Below, in pieces: positions 40,768 to 49,859 of a stretch of DNA of 64,000 nucleotides (position 1 is its first letter; the number at the start of each line of letters is the position of its first letter). The stretch is from an uncultured delta proteobacterium (lineage in GTDB: Bacteria > Myxococcota > Myxococcia > Myxococcales > Anaeromyxobacteraceae). Position numbers and translations under genes: made by a program. Location: the NCBI GenBank assembly GCA_963845515.1, contig CAWJSR010000028.1:32001-96000 (forward strand). Reading direction: 5' to 3'. The notes below the pieces were generated by a model. That model ran no database searches. It saw only the letters and a program-made list of their open reading frames with translations, and was not told where the DNA came from.

Positions 40768-41058
40768 ATGCGGCAGCGCTACATCGTCACCTACGACATC
40801 GCCGATGCAAAACGTTTGCGGAGGGTGTTCAAGCTGCTGAAGGGGTACGGCGAACACCTGCAGTTCTCCGTGTTCCGCTGCGACCTCACCAACATGACGC
40901 TCGCGAAGATGAAGGCGGAGCTGAACGAGGCGATCAACGCACTGGCAGACCAAGTGCTCATCATCGACGTGGGCCCCACCGAGGGGCGGGGTGAAGTGGT
41001 GTTCGAGAGCCTCGGGAAGGCGTATGTAGACGAGGGGCGGAAGCCCAACGTCGTTTGA
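40768..41058 (+). CDS. cas2: CRISPR-associated endonuclease Cas2
   Basis: YIVTYDIADAKRLRRVFKLLKGYGEHLQFSVFRC. Confidence 0.96.
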   Translation: MRQRYIVTYDIADAKRLRRVFKLLKGYGEHLQFSVFRCDLTNMTLAKMKAELNEAINALADQVLIIDVGPTEGRGEVVFESLGKAYVDEGRKPNVV

Positions 41059-41291
41059 CCCGGAGTGCTCCTTGGTAACCGAATACGCACAGCTGGATCG
41101 CTTGCGAGCGGTGAGGTGGCGAACGGGGCCGCCGATCCGCTCGCGAGCGCGATCAACGAGCGAAATCGCGCTGTTCTGCGGGGAGGTGGCGAGGACCGGC
41201 GCTGCCTCCTGCTCGAAGTTAGTCGAGTTGCGTGGCCCGCTCGAAAGTGAAGTGGTAGGTATCGGTTGTGCCTCCGGAAATTCCGGGGGCT
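41059..41291 (+). promoter_or_regulatory. CRISPR leader
   Basis: Non-coding stretch between cas2 and the first repeat; GCGAGCGG (41104-41111) and CCGCTCGC (41137-41144) inverted pair, plus CCGCTCGA (41237-41244). Confidence 0.75.
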
Positions 41292-43631
41292 CCATCCCCG
41301 ACCGCGAGGTCGGGGCTCCGTTGAAGCACCCTTGAGCTTCGTCCCGTCGAGCGGCACGGACCGCCATCCCCGACCGCGAGGTCGGGGCTCCGTTGAAGCA
41401 GAGCTCGACTGCGAGGACGCGCGTCTCGACGCCCATCCCCGACCGCGAGGTCGGGGCTCCGTTGAAGCGAGAACGACACGAGCTGGCGTGGTCGACGGGA
41501 TGCCGCCATCCCCGACCGCGAGGTCGGGGCTCCGTTGAAGCGACGCCGAAGGAGGTCGAGGATCTGATCGCGAAGCTGGCCATCCCCGACCGCGAGGTCG
41601 GGGCTCCGTTGAAGCCGGCGCAGCGACCACCGACGCTCCCACCGTCAACGTCCATCCCCGACCGCGAGGTCGGGGCTCCGTTGAAGCGTCAGTCCGTGCG
41701 ACTCGCCGGCCGTGTACGCGGCCCATCCCCGACCGCGAGGTCGGGGCTCCGTTGAAGCAGCGCCTGGCCGTTCCCGACGGCGAGCGCGGCCGGACCCATC
41801 CCCGACCGCGAGGTCGGGGCTCCGTTGAAGCGTGAGCGACTGCTCCGAGACGTGGACGAGGGACGAGACCATCCCCGACCGCGAGGTCGGGGCTCCGTTG
41901 AAGCGACAGTACGGGTTCCCATCCGCATCGATCGTCGGTCCCATCCCCGACCGCGAGGTCGGGGCTCCGTTGAAGCACCGTCAACGCGACCACCTACGGA
42001 TGGCAGGAGGCATCAACCATCCCCGACCGCGAGGTCGGGGCTCCGTTGAAGCCGCGCGGGACAAGCATCTCCCAGTCCCACACGCTGCCATCCCCGACCG
42101 CGAGGTCGGGGCTCCGTTGAAGCGCGAGACGGCGAGGCCGTCAACACGGCCAAGGTGACCCCATCCCCGACCGCGAGGTCGGGGCTCCGTTGAAGCGCGC
42201 TCCGCGATGATCATCGGGTGCGCGAACTCACCCATCCCCGACCGCGAGGTCGGGGCTCCGTTGAAGCGCCAACGGGACGGTGATCGTCCGGCGTCCTGTC
42301 GGCCCATCCCCGACCGCGAGGTCGGGGCTCCGTTGAAGCTCGATCGCGCTCGAGCTCGAGCTCGCTCCGATGACCCATCCCCGACCGCGAGGTCGGGGCT
42401 CCGTTGAAGCCGGCGGGCCGAGCATCGGACCGATGCAGGTCTGCCCATCCCCGACCGCGAGGTCGGGGCTCCGTTGAAGCGACGTGACCAGCGCGGACCG
42501 AGCGCGGCGGTGTCGTCGTCCATCCCCGACCGCGAGGTCGGGGCTCCGTTGAAGCGACGTACAGCCGGACCAGCGCGGCGGTGTCGTCGTCCATCCCCGA
42601 CCGCGAGGTCGGGGCTCCGTTGAAGCAGCCGATCGGCCATCTGCGCGATCGTGTCCGTCAGCCCATCCCCGACCGCGAGGTCGGGGCTCCGTTGAAGCCG
42701 CGCCACCTCGGACGAGCGTCCGCTCGGCGCGCCTTGCCATCCCCGACCGCGAGGTCGGGGCTCCGTTGAAGCAGGACGCGCCGGAGCTCACGCGCCGGAC
42801 GCTCAGCCCATCCCCGACCGCGAGGTCGGGGCTCCGTTGAAGCGCAACGGACAGCGATCAGGTCGCAGCACGATCGTCGACCCCATCCCCGACCGCGAGG
42901 TCGGGGCTCCGTTGAAGCCATCGACGCGGCACTAGAGCGATCGGAACGCGATGATGCGCCATCCCCGACCGCGAGGTCGGGGCTCCGTTGAAGCAGGTAC
43001 GTCGCGCCGTCTGCCGCCCCTGCGGCGTACCATCCCCGACCGCGAGGTCGGGGCTCCGTTGAAGCTGGCTCGACGGCGAGACGGTGTCTTACAACGGCGG
43101 GTCCCATCCCCGACCGCGAGGTCGGGGCTCCGTTGAAGCAGTCATCGGAGAGCGGGAGCGAACTCCGCAGCGCCCCCATCCCCGACCGCGAGGTCGGGGC
43201 TCCGTTGAAGCGAGGCGGGCGAGGGCGCGGGATAGTCGATCCCGTCCCATCCCCGACCGCGAGGTCGGGGCTCCGTTGAAGCACCAGGGTCCGGCTCTGG
43301 GTCCAGAGGATGAGCGCCATCCCCGACCGCGAGGTCGGGGCTCCGTTGAAGCATCGGCATCGAGAAGGACCCCGACAAGGCCCGCGCCCCATCCCCGACC
43401 GCGAGGTCGGGGCTCCGTTGAAGCGCGAACTCGCCGCGGAGGTAGGCGCGCACGTTCGCCCCATCCCCGACCGCGAGGTCGGGGCTCCGTTGAAGCGATC
43501 CCGCGCTCTACGCCGTGGGGGACGTCATCGACCATCCCCGGCCGCGAGGTCGGGGCTCCGTTGAAGCCAGCGCTCTACCTCTGGTCGCTCGGCGCACATC
43601 AGGCCCATCCCCGACCGCGAGGTCGGGGCTC
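41292..43631 (+). CRISPR. Type I-G CRISPR array: 32 complete repeats + 1 truncated terminal repeat, 32 spacers of 33-40 nt
   Basis: 36-nt repeat CCATCCCCGACCGCGAGGTCGGGGCTCCGTTGAAGC with 8-bp stem CCCCGACC/GGTCGGGG, GCGA loop and TTGAAGC end; repeat 32 (43532-43567) has one A>G; repeat 33 (43605-43631) keeps only 27 nt. Confidence 0.98.
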
Positions 43632-43635
43632 AGAT

Positions 43636-44499
43636 TCACGCGCTCTTCGAAGCATCCTCGAGCAGTCCGCCCACCCACTCGATCGCCTCCGGGTACTCGT
43701 TCACGTCCAGCACGAACTCCTGGCCGCGTCCTACCGTTTGGAGAAGCACTCGATCGCCTTGCCTGGTCCATCGACTTCGATCCGCATGGTACGTGAGCGG
43801 CTTTCGGTCTCGCGGCTCGAACCACGCAGGAAGCGCCCAGCGGGACAGCTTCTCCTCCGGGTTCGCGGTGAGCTGCAGCTCGGGCCGGAAGCGCCCGAAG
43901 AAGCCCGCTCCGGGGATTCCCGAGGGCGAGCTTGCGGGCAGCACCAGCCGATCCGAGGCGACGTAGAGCCAGTTGGGATTCTTGCGCGACTTGGAGACGT
44001 GCGGGTGCGACGTGGCCCACCGCCAACTAGAGGAATCCAGCGCGGGGAGGATCTCAGAGCGAACTTCGGCGGCCTCGCCGACCTGCAACCACCCCCAGAT
44101 TGCGTGAAAGGGCGAGCCGAGCCGCGTCAGATCGTTGGCGACCCGCTGGAACAGGCCCCAGAACAGGAAGAGGTCTCCAGTGGAGACGCCCTGCCGCAGG
44201 AGGTGCGCCTGTGACGCTCCCTCCTGCCCCAAGGCCGGGCGCCAGCCAGCATCGCGAGGCATCAGGTCGAAGCGAACATCCGGGTCGAGGTGAGCGCAGA
44301 AGTTGGACTTCTGCTTGCCGCCGGTGAGCGTCTCCACCAACTCTCCGAGATTGCGATCGGCCCAGGCGAGTTGATCGTACCGGATCGTGGAACACGTGTC
44401 GGGGATGGGCAAGGCGATCATCGACCCGTCCGCCAGAACCGGGCTCGGGCAGCCGCCCGAAGCGGAGTCGAAGCCCTTCCTGCTGAGGATCAGCCGCAT
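43636..44499 (-). CDS. Nmad3-family (nucleotide-modification-associated domain 3) protein; alternative start 44508
   Basis: MRLILSRKGFDSASGGCPSP...ALPIP, AHLDPD, GDLFLFWGLF, HAIWGWLQV, HPH, LTYH, VGRGQEFVL. Confidence 0.75.
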   Translation of the reverse strand: MRLILSRKGFDSASGGCPSPVLADGSMIALPIPDTCSTIRYDQLAWADRNLGELVETLTGGKQKSNFCAHLDPDVRFDLMPRDAGWRPALGQEGASQAHLLRQGVSTGDLFLFWGLFQRVANDLTRLGSPFHAIWGWLQVGEAAEVRSEILPALDSSSWRWATSHPHVSKSRKNPNWLYVASDRLVLPASSPSGIPGAGFFGRFRPELQLTANPEEKLSRWALPAWFEPRDRKPLTYHADRSRWTRQGDRVLLQTVGRGQEFVLDVNEYPEAIEWVGGLLEDASKSA

Positions 44500-44559
44500 C
44501 TGGATCATAAGGTACGTCGTCCCACGAGACTCGGGTTGGAAATCCTATCCGCCGTACGT

Positions 44560-44578
44560 CCATCCCCGACCGCGAGGT
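44560..44578 (+). repeat. Orphan partial CRISPR repeat (first 19 nt)
   Basis: CCATCCCCGACCGCGAGGT is identical to nt 1-19 of the array repeat, same orientation, ~930 bp beyond the array end. Confidence 0.9.
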
Positions 44579-44593
44579 TACGGTCCAGCACAC

Positions 44594-44824
44594 ATGTCGC
44601 TCACGAACATTGTTGCCGAGAACCTCCGCGCCTTGCGAGCGCATCAGAAACTTTCGCAGCAGGCGCTCGCGAAGAAGGCTCGGGTCTCCGGTAGCTACGT
44701 CTCGATGCTGGAGAACGGCAAGCGCACGCCGCTGCTGGAGACGCTGGAAGCCCTCGCGAAGGCGCTAGACGTATCACCTGCTTCAGAGCTCTCGGCCGAG
44801 AAGCCTCGGTCCCGCAAGCGTTAG
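44594..44824 (+). CDS. XRE-family helix-turn-helix regulator
   Basis: VAENLRALRAHQKLSQQALAKKARVSGSYVSMLENGKRTPLLETLEALAKAL. Confidence 0.85.
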   Translation: MSLTNIVAENLRALRAHQKLSQQALAKKARVSGSYVSMLENGKRTPLLETLEALAKALDVSPASELSAEKPRSRKR

Positions 44825-44912
44825 CGCGTTAGCGCGCGGTCCCGCGCCACCCGTGCCGTGGTGTTGCGGCCGCGCGCCGTTCACGTCATCTATGAGGCGG
44901 TGGGAGGCGCCG

Positions 44913-46283
44913 ATGGATCGACCCGACGTCAGCGAGGTGGTCGCGCGCCAGCGCGCCTTCTTCCGCACCGGCCGGACCCGCGACCTGGCGTTCAGGCGGG
45001 AGCAGCTCCGGGCCCTGCGCGCCATCGTCGTGGACGCCGAGCCGTCGATCTTCGAGGCGCTGCGTGCCGATCTAGGCAAGCCCCCGTTCGAGTCCTACGG
45101 CGGGGAGACCGCCATCGTCCGCAACGAGGTCGACCACGCGCTGCGCCACCTCTCGTCGTGGGCGCGGCCGCGGCGCGTGCCCACGCTCCTCGCCCACCTG
45201 CCAGGCCGGAGCGAGGTCTGGCACGAGCCGCACGGCGTCGTGCTCGTGATGAGCCCGTGGAACTACCCGGTGCAGCTCTCGCTCGGGCCGCTCGTCGGGG
45301 CGCTCGCCGCCGGGAACTGCGCCATCCTGAAGCCCTCCCCGATGGCGCCCGCGACGTCGCGGCGCCTCGCCGAGCTCGTCGCGCGGAGCTTCGATCCAGG
45401 CGCCGTGACCGTCGTCGAGGGGGGGATCGAGCCGGCCGAGCGGCTGCTGGCGGAGCGGCTCGACTACATCTTCTTCACGGGCGGCGCGAAGGTGGGGCGC
45501 AGGATCATGGAGGCCGCCGCGCGCAACCTCACGCCGCTGACCCTGGAGCTCGGAGGGAAGTGTCCGTGCATCGTGGACGCCGACGTGGATCTCGACGTGG
45601 CGGCGCGCCGGATCGCCTGGGGCAAGTTCTTCAACGCGGGGCAGAGCTGCGTCGGGGTCGACTACCTCCTCGTGGACCGGCGGATCCGCGCCGCGCTGGT
45701 GGAGCGGCTCGCGGCGACGGTCCGGGAGTTCTACGGCGAGGACCCGGCCCGGAGCCCCGACCTCGCGCGGATCGTCGACGATCGCAACGTCGAGCGGCTG
45801 GCCGGCCTCCTCGCGAGCGGCCGGATCGCCGTCGGCGGGGGCGTGGACCGGGCGACGCGCTACGTCGCCCCGACGATCCTCGACGGCGTGCAGCCCGGCG
45901 ACCCGATCATGGAGGAGGAGATCTTCGGGCCGATCCTCCCGGTGCTCGAGTACGGAGAGCTCGCCGAGGCGATCGCCTTCGTCAACGATCGGCCGCCGCC
46001 CCTCGCGCTCTACTTCTTCTCACGCGACGGACGGCTCCAGGAGCGCGTGCTGCGCGAGACGAGCGCAGCGGGCTGCGTCAACGACGTCATGCTCCAGGAG
46101 ACGACCGTCCACCTCCCGTTCGGCGGCTCCGGCGAGAGCGGGATGGGCGGCTACCACGGCAAGGCGTCGTTCGAGGCCTTCAGCAGGCGGCGGGGCGTGC
46201 TGAAGAAGGGCTTCGCCTTCGACGTGAAGGTCCGTTACCCGCCGTACGCGGGGAAGCTCGGCTGGTTCCGCAGGATCTTCTAG
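44913..46283 (+). CDS. Aldehyde dehydrogenase (ALDH3-like)
   Basis: SPWNYP, ILKPS, IFFTGG, LELGGKCP, NAGQSCV, EEIFGPILP, LPFGGSGESGMG. Confidence 0.95.
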   Translation: MDRPDVSEVVARQRAFFRTGRTRDLAFRREQLRALRAIVVDAEPSIFEALRADLGKPPFESYGGETAIVRNEVDHALRHLSSWARPRRVPTLLAHLPGRSEVWHEPHGVVLVMSPWNYPVQLSLGPLVGALAAGNCAILKPSPMAPATSRRLAELVARSFDPGAVTVVEGGIEPAERLLAERLDYIFFTGGAKVGRRIMEAAARNLTPLTLELGGKCPCIVDADVDLDVAARRIAWGKFFNAGQSCVGVDYLLVDRRIRAALVERLAATVREFYGEDPARSPDLARIVDDRNVERLAGLLASGRIAVGGGVDRATRYVAPTILDGVQPGDPIMEEEIFGPILPVLEYGELAEAIAFVNDRPPPLALYFFSRDGRLQERVLRETSAAGCVNDVMLQETTVHLPFGGSGESGMGGYHGKASFEAFSRRRGVLKKGFAFDVKVRYPPYAGKLGWFRRIF

Positions 46284-46287
46284 CGCC

Positions 46288-47697
46288 TCAGCTCTGCGAG
46301 GGCGTGCCGGCGGCGCCGGCGACCGGCTCCTGCGCCGGGAGGCGCACATGGAAGGTCGTCCCCTCGCCCACGGCGCTCTCGACCTCGATCTCGCCGCCGT
46401 GAGCGGCGACGATCCCGTGGCAGACCCAGAGCCCGAGCCCCGTCCCCTGGCCGACGGCCTTGGTCGTGAAGAAGGGCTCGAAGAGGTGGGGGCGCGCGTC
46501 GGGGGGGATCCCGCACCCGTTGTCACTGACGGAGATCGCGACGCGCGTCCCCTGCTCCGCTCGCAGCCGCACCCGGATCTCGTTGCGCCCCGCGACGTCG
46601 TCGGGCATCGCGTGGGCTGCGTTCACCAGCAGGTTGACGAGCACCTGCCCGAGCCGCGTCTCGCTGCCGAAGACCGGCGGCACCCTCTGCGTGTCCACGA
46701 CGAGCCGCGCCCGCGGCCGGAGCTCGGCCCGGGTGAGCTGGGTCGCGAAGTCGACCACGCGCCGCAGGTCGACCGGCGCGAGCGTGTCCGAGGCGGTCTC
46801 GTCGCGGGAGGCGGACCGCAGGTCGCTCACGATCACGCGCATCCGGTGGGCGCCCTGCACGACGTCGCCGAGCGCGCGGATCACCTCCTCCAGGGCGGCC
46901 ACGCCGCCGCCCAGCCGGAGCCGACTGATCGCCCACTCCGAGTTGGCGAGGATGAAGGAGAGCGGGTTGTTCAGCTCGTGGGCCACGCCGGCCGCGAGCG
47001 TCCCGAGCGAGGCGAGCCGGTCGGAGCGCTGCAACCGATCCTCGGCCCTGCGCAGCTCGGTGACGTCCACCAGCGCCCCTGCGAGCCCGACGACCTCCCC
47101 GGATCTGTCGCGGAAGGCGGCCTTGTGGAACATGACCGTCCGGCGGTCACCCTTGGCGTTCTTCAGCTCCCCCTCGTAGAACTGGGTGCCGCCCGACTCG
47201 AACAGCGCACGATCAGCGCTGCGGTAGGCCGCAGCCAGGTCCTTCGGCCCAGCCGCCTCGACTGGGTGCCCGATGAGCTCGTCGCGCCTCTTCCCTAGCG
47301 CCTGCTCGAACGCGAGGTTGCAGCCGCGGTAGATGCCATCGGTCGTCTTGAACCAGATCGGGGTCGGGATCGCGTCGATGACCGTCTGCAGGAGGCCCGA
47401 TCCGTAGGGGTCGTGCTGGCCCAGCTCGGCGCGGTCGACGCCGCACGAGTCGACGAAGACGGCGCCCCTCCCCGCGCTCGCCGGGAGTGGTGAGGCGGCA
47501 AGGCGTGCTCGGCGCGGCGAGCCGTCGCGCGCGACGATGGGGAGGTCGAGCGGCGTGCTGGTGGACTCGGCGGTGCCCAGCGCAGCCCGCTCCAGCAGGG
47601 CGCGCGTGGCCGGGCTGGCGAACGGGGTCGAGCGCCCCAGGACCTCGGCGGCCGGCCACCCGAAGGCCCGCTCCGCCGCGGCGTTCCACGCGATCAC
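46288..47697 (-). CDS. Cytoplasmic PAS-PAS sensor histidine kinase (start may lie up to ~80 bp further upstream)
   Basis: Two PAS domains; GVAHELNNPL, NLLVNAAHA, DNGCGI, PFFTTK, GTGLGL. Confidence 0.88.
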   Translation of the reverse strand: MIAWNAAAERAFGWPAAEVLGRSTPFASPATRALLERAALGTAESTSTPLDLPIVARDGSPRRARLAASPLPASAGRGAVFVDSCGVDRAELGQHDPYGSGLLQTVIDAIPTPIWFKTTDGIYRGCNLAFEQALGKRRDELIGHPVEAAGPKDLAAAYRSADRALFESGGTQFYEGELKNAKGDRRTVMFHKAAFRDRSGEVVGLAGALVDVTELRRAEDRLQRSDRLASLGTLAAGVAHELNNPLSFILANSEWAISRLRLGGGVAALEEVIRALGDVVQGAHRMRVIVSDLRSASRDETASDTLAPVDLRRVVDFATQLTRAELRPRARLVVDTQRVPPVFGSETRLGQVLVNLLVNAAHAMPDDVAGRNEIRVRLRAEQGTRVAISVSDNGCGIPPDARPHLFEPFFTTKAVGQGTGLGLWVCHGIVAAHGGEIEVESAVGEGTTFHVRLPAQEPVAGAAGTPSQS

Positions 47698-47898
47698 CAG
47701 GCCGTCGGAGCCGAGCGCGAAGGCGGGGAGTGGGAGCGAGTCGAAGAGGGCAGCAGGCAGCGAAGCGGTCGGTGGCAGGCGGTTCTCCGGCCCCCCTCAG
47801 GGCTCGGCGTACAAGCGGCGTCTATTAGCGTCCGCGGTCACCTTACCGCATGCCCCGTCGGAGTCTGTAGCGGTCGCCGCACACGTCAAAGGGCGCTT

Positions 47899-48126
47899 TC
47901 ACCGGCGCCGCGCGGGCACCAGGATCACCGCGAGCGCCACGGCGCCCGCCACGACCAGCAGCTCCTGCCACCCGAGCCGCCGGCTCAGGCCGAGCAGTCC
48001 GGCCAGCACGCCGGCGCCGAGGAGCGCGACCCGGTGGCGCCGCCAGAGCCCGGACCTCACGATCGACCCGACCATGACGGCGGCCAGCGCCGCGAGCGCG
48101 AGGACGAGGAGCTGGGTGCGGGTCAC
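47899..48126 (-). CDS. Small hydrophobic membrane protein
   Basis: GTG start; three hydrophobic segments; GC3-rich codon pattern. Confidence 0.5.
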   Translation of the reverse strand: MTRTQLLVLALAALAAVMVGSIVRSGLWRRHRVALLGAGVLAGLLGLSRRLGWQELLVVAGAVALAVILVPARRR

Positions 48127-48241
48127 GGCGGCCGCGATGAGAGCACGCGGTGGAGACGGAGTCCACGCGCGCGGGACCAGCGGACGACTCGCGGTCTTCC
48201 GGGTTATGGACCGCATCAACCGTACTGGCCATCATGTGACC

Positions 48242-48493
48242 ATGAAGAACGTCGGCATCGCCGAGCTGAAGGCGCGCCTCTCGGCCCACCTCAAGTCCGT
48301 GCAGAAGGGCCATCCGATCACCGTCGTGGACCGAGGGCGGGCCGTCGCGCAGCTCATCCCCATGCCGGTGGAGGGAGACATCTCGGTGCGCAAGCCGCTC
48401 CGCGGGCTGCACTCCATGCGGCTTCCGCCCCCGGTGGCGCAGCCAGTCGACTCCCTCGCGGCGCTGCTCGAAGAGAGGCAGGGGGCGCGGTGA
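48242..48493 (+). CDS. Phd/YefM family antitoxin
   Basis: MKNVGIAELKARLSAHLKSVQKGHPITVVDRGRAVAQLIP...SLAALLEER. Confidence 0.88.
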   Translation: MKNVGIAELKARLSAHLKSVQKGHPITVVDRGRAVAQLIPMPVEGDISVRKPLRGLHSMRLPPPVAQPVDSLAALLEERQGAR

Positions 48494-48543
48494 AGGCGCT
48501 CGCTCAAGCGGCGCGGTCGGTGGGGTTCAGCGTGGTTGGTTGA
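48490..48543 (+). pseudogene. Internally deleted VapC/PIN toxin remnant
   Basis: GTG overlapping the antitoxin stop gives a 17-aa MKALAQAARSVGFSVVG, resembling the LxxAARxxGFxVxG C-terminus of VapC partners. Confidence 0.5.
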
Positions 48544-48560
48544 CCGCCTCCGCGGCAGCG

Positions 48561-49859
48561 CTACACACCCCTGCCGAGCGCACGCAGGAGGCGCGCGCGC
48601 GACTGCGCGAGCTGGTACTCGGACTGGACGAGCTGTCCCTCGGCGTTGGTCAGGGCGAGCAGCGCATCCGAGAGCTCCAGCGAGCTGCCGGCGCCGGAGG
48701 CGTACCGCGCCTCGGCGAGCCGGTTCCGCTCGCGCGCCGCCTCGACCGCCTCGCGGTTGGCCTCCAGGAGCGCCTGCGCCGCCCGGACGTCGAGCCTCGC
48801 GGAGTCCACGTCGGCGCGGACCTCCTGCGCGAGCAGGTCGCGCTGCGCCCGCTGGGCCTCGACGAGGGCCCGCGCCTCCGACACCTGGGCGCGCGTCAGC
48901 CCGCCCTGGAAGAACGACCAGCTGAGCGTCCCGCCGAACCAGGCGTTCCAGGTCGGGTCGCTGCCGGTGGGGCCGCCCTCGCTGGCGCCCGCCGACAGGC
49001 CGAGCTTCGGGAAGTAGCCGCCATGCGAGGCGGAGAGGGAGCGCTCGGCGGCGAGGAGCCGCTCGTCCATGGCCGCGACGTCCGGGCGCGCCGCCAGCGC
49101 CTCCGCGAGCAGCGCGTCGAGCGGCCGGTCCTCGCCGTCCACCGCGGGGAAGGGGTCGCCGGTGACCTCGTAGTCGATCGTCCCCTGGATCCCCATCGCC
49201 TTGTTGAGCCGGACGCGCGCCGTCGCGTAGCCGTTCTCCGCGCTCACGAGCTGGGCCTTCGCGTTGGCCTGGTCGGTCCGGGCCTGGGCGAGGTCGATGG
49301 GCGGCCGGAGCCCCTGCTGCACGAAGGCCTCCACCTTCCGGAAGTGACCCACCTGATTCTCGAGCGTGGCGCGGGCCACGCCGACGAGCTCCTTCGACGC
49401 CCGCGCCTGGAAGAAGGCCGCGCGCGCGGCGAGGACCGCGTCGAGCTCGGCGGCGCGCGAGGTTCCCCCCTCCGCGCGCGCGTTCGCGCGGGCCGCGCCG
49501 TAGCGCGCGAAGGCCGGCAGGTCGATCACCGTCTGCGTGGCGGTCGCCGAGTACGAGAGCGAGTTGCCCATGTCCCAGCTCTGGGTCGGGGTGGTGAAGG
49601 AAGGGTTGCTGGTGGAGCGCTCCAGCCCAGCCGACGCCGAGAGCTGAGGCAGGAGCGGCGCGAGCGACTGGTACGCCCGCGCGGTGGCCGCGTCGGCGCT
49701 CGCGCGCGCTGCGCGGAGCGACGGGGCGTTCTCCCTCGCGAGCCTGACGGCGTCGTCGAGGGTTACCACCGGGGCGGGCTCGGTGGCCGGTGCCGGGGCT
49801 GGTGCTGGTGCTGGTGCTGGTGCGGCGGCGAGGAGGAGGAGCAGGACGGTGGCGGTCAT
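48561..49859 (-). CDS. TolC-family outer membrane efflux protein
   Basis: Signal peptide, PA-repeat linker, VTLDDAVRLA, LLPQLSASAG, ARYASGAGSSLELSDA. Confidence 0.9.
   Translation of the reverse strand: MTATVLLLLLAAAPAPAPAPAPAPATEPAPVVTLDDAVRLARENAPSLRAARASADAATARAYQSLAPLLPQLSASAGLERSTSNPSFTTPTQSWDMGNSLSYSATATQTVIDLPAFARYGAARANARAEGGTSRAAELDAVLAARAAFFQARASKELVGVARATLENQVGHFRKVEAFVQQGLRPPIDLAQARTDQANAKAQLVSAENGYATARVRLNKAMGIQGTIDYEVTGDPFPAVDGEDRPLDALLAEALAARPDVAAMDERLLAAERSLSASHGGYFPKLGLSAGASEGGPTGSDPTWNAWFGGTLSWSFFQGGLTRAQVSEARALVEAQRAQRDLLAQEVRADVDSARLDVRAAQALLEANREAVEAARERNRLAEARYASGAGSSLELSDALLALTNAEGQLVQSEYQLAQSRARLLRALGRGV

Noticed and set aside
42340..42374. Spacer 15 resembles 7688-7720 in the histidine kinase gene
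   Set aside because: Only partial, with several mismatches, and explained by common CTCGAG Leu-Glu codon runs; not a protospacer
40791..43564. Many ORFs with repeating peptides (ASTEPRPRGRGW, FNGAPTSRSGM, IPDREVGAPLK)
   Set aside because: These are translations of the CRISPR repeat, not proteins
44510..44519. AGGTACGTCG matches the first 10 nt of spacer 24
   Set aside because: Too short, and the rest does not align; probably chance
44818..44833. Tandem GCGTTAGC duplication at the island's right edge as a possible att/TSD scar
   Set aside because: No matching copy at the left edge and no integrase; could be slippage or a sequencing error
49790..49823. GGTGCT hexamer tandem repeat
   Set aside because: Encodes an in-frame Pro-Ala linker after the TolC signal peptide; ordinary
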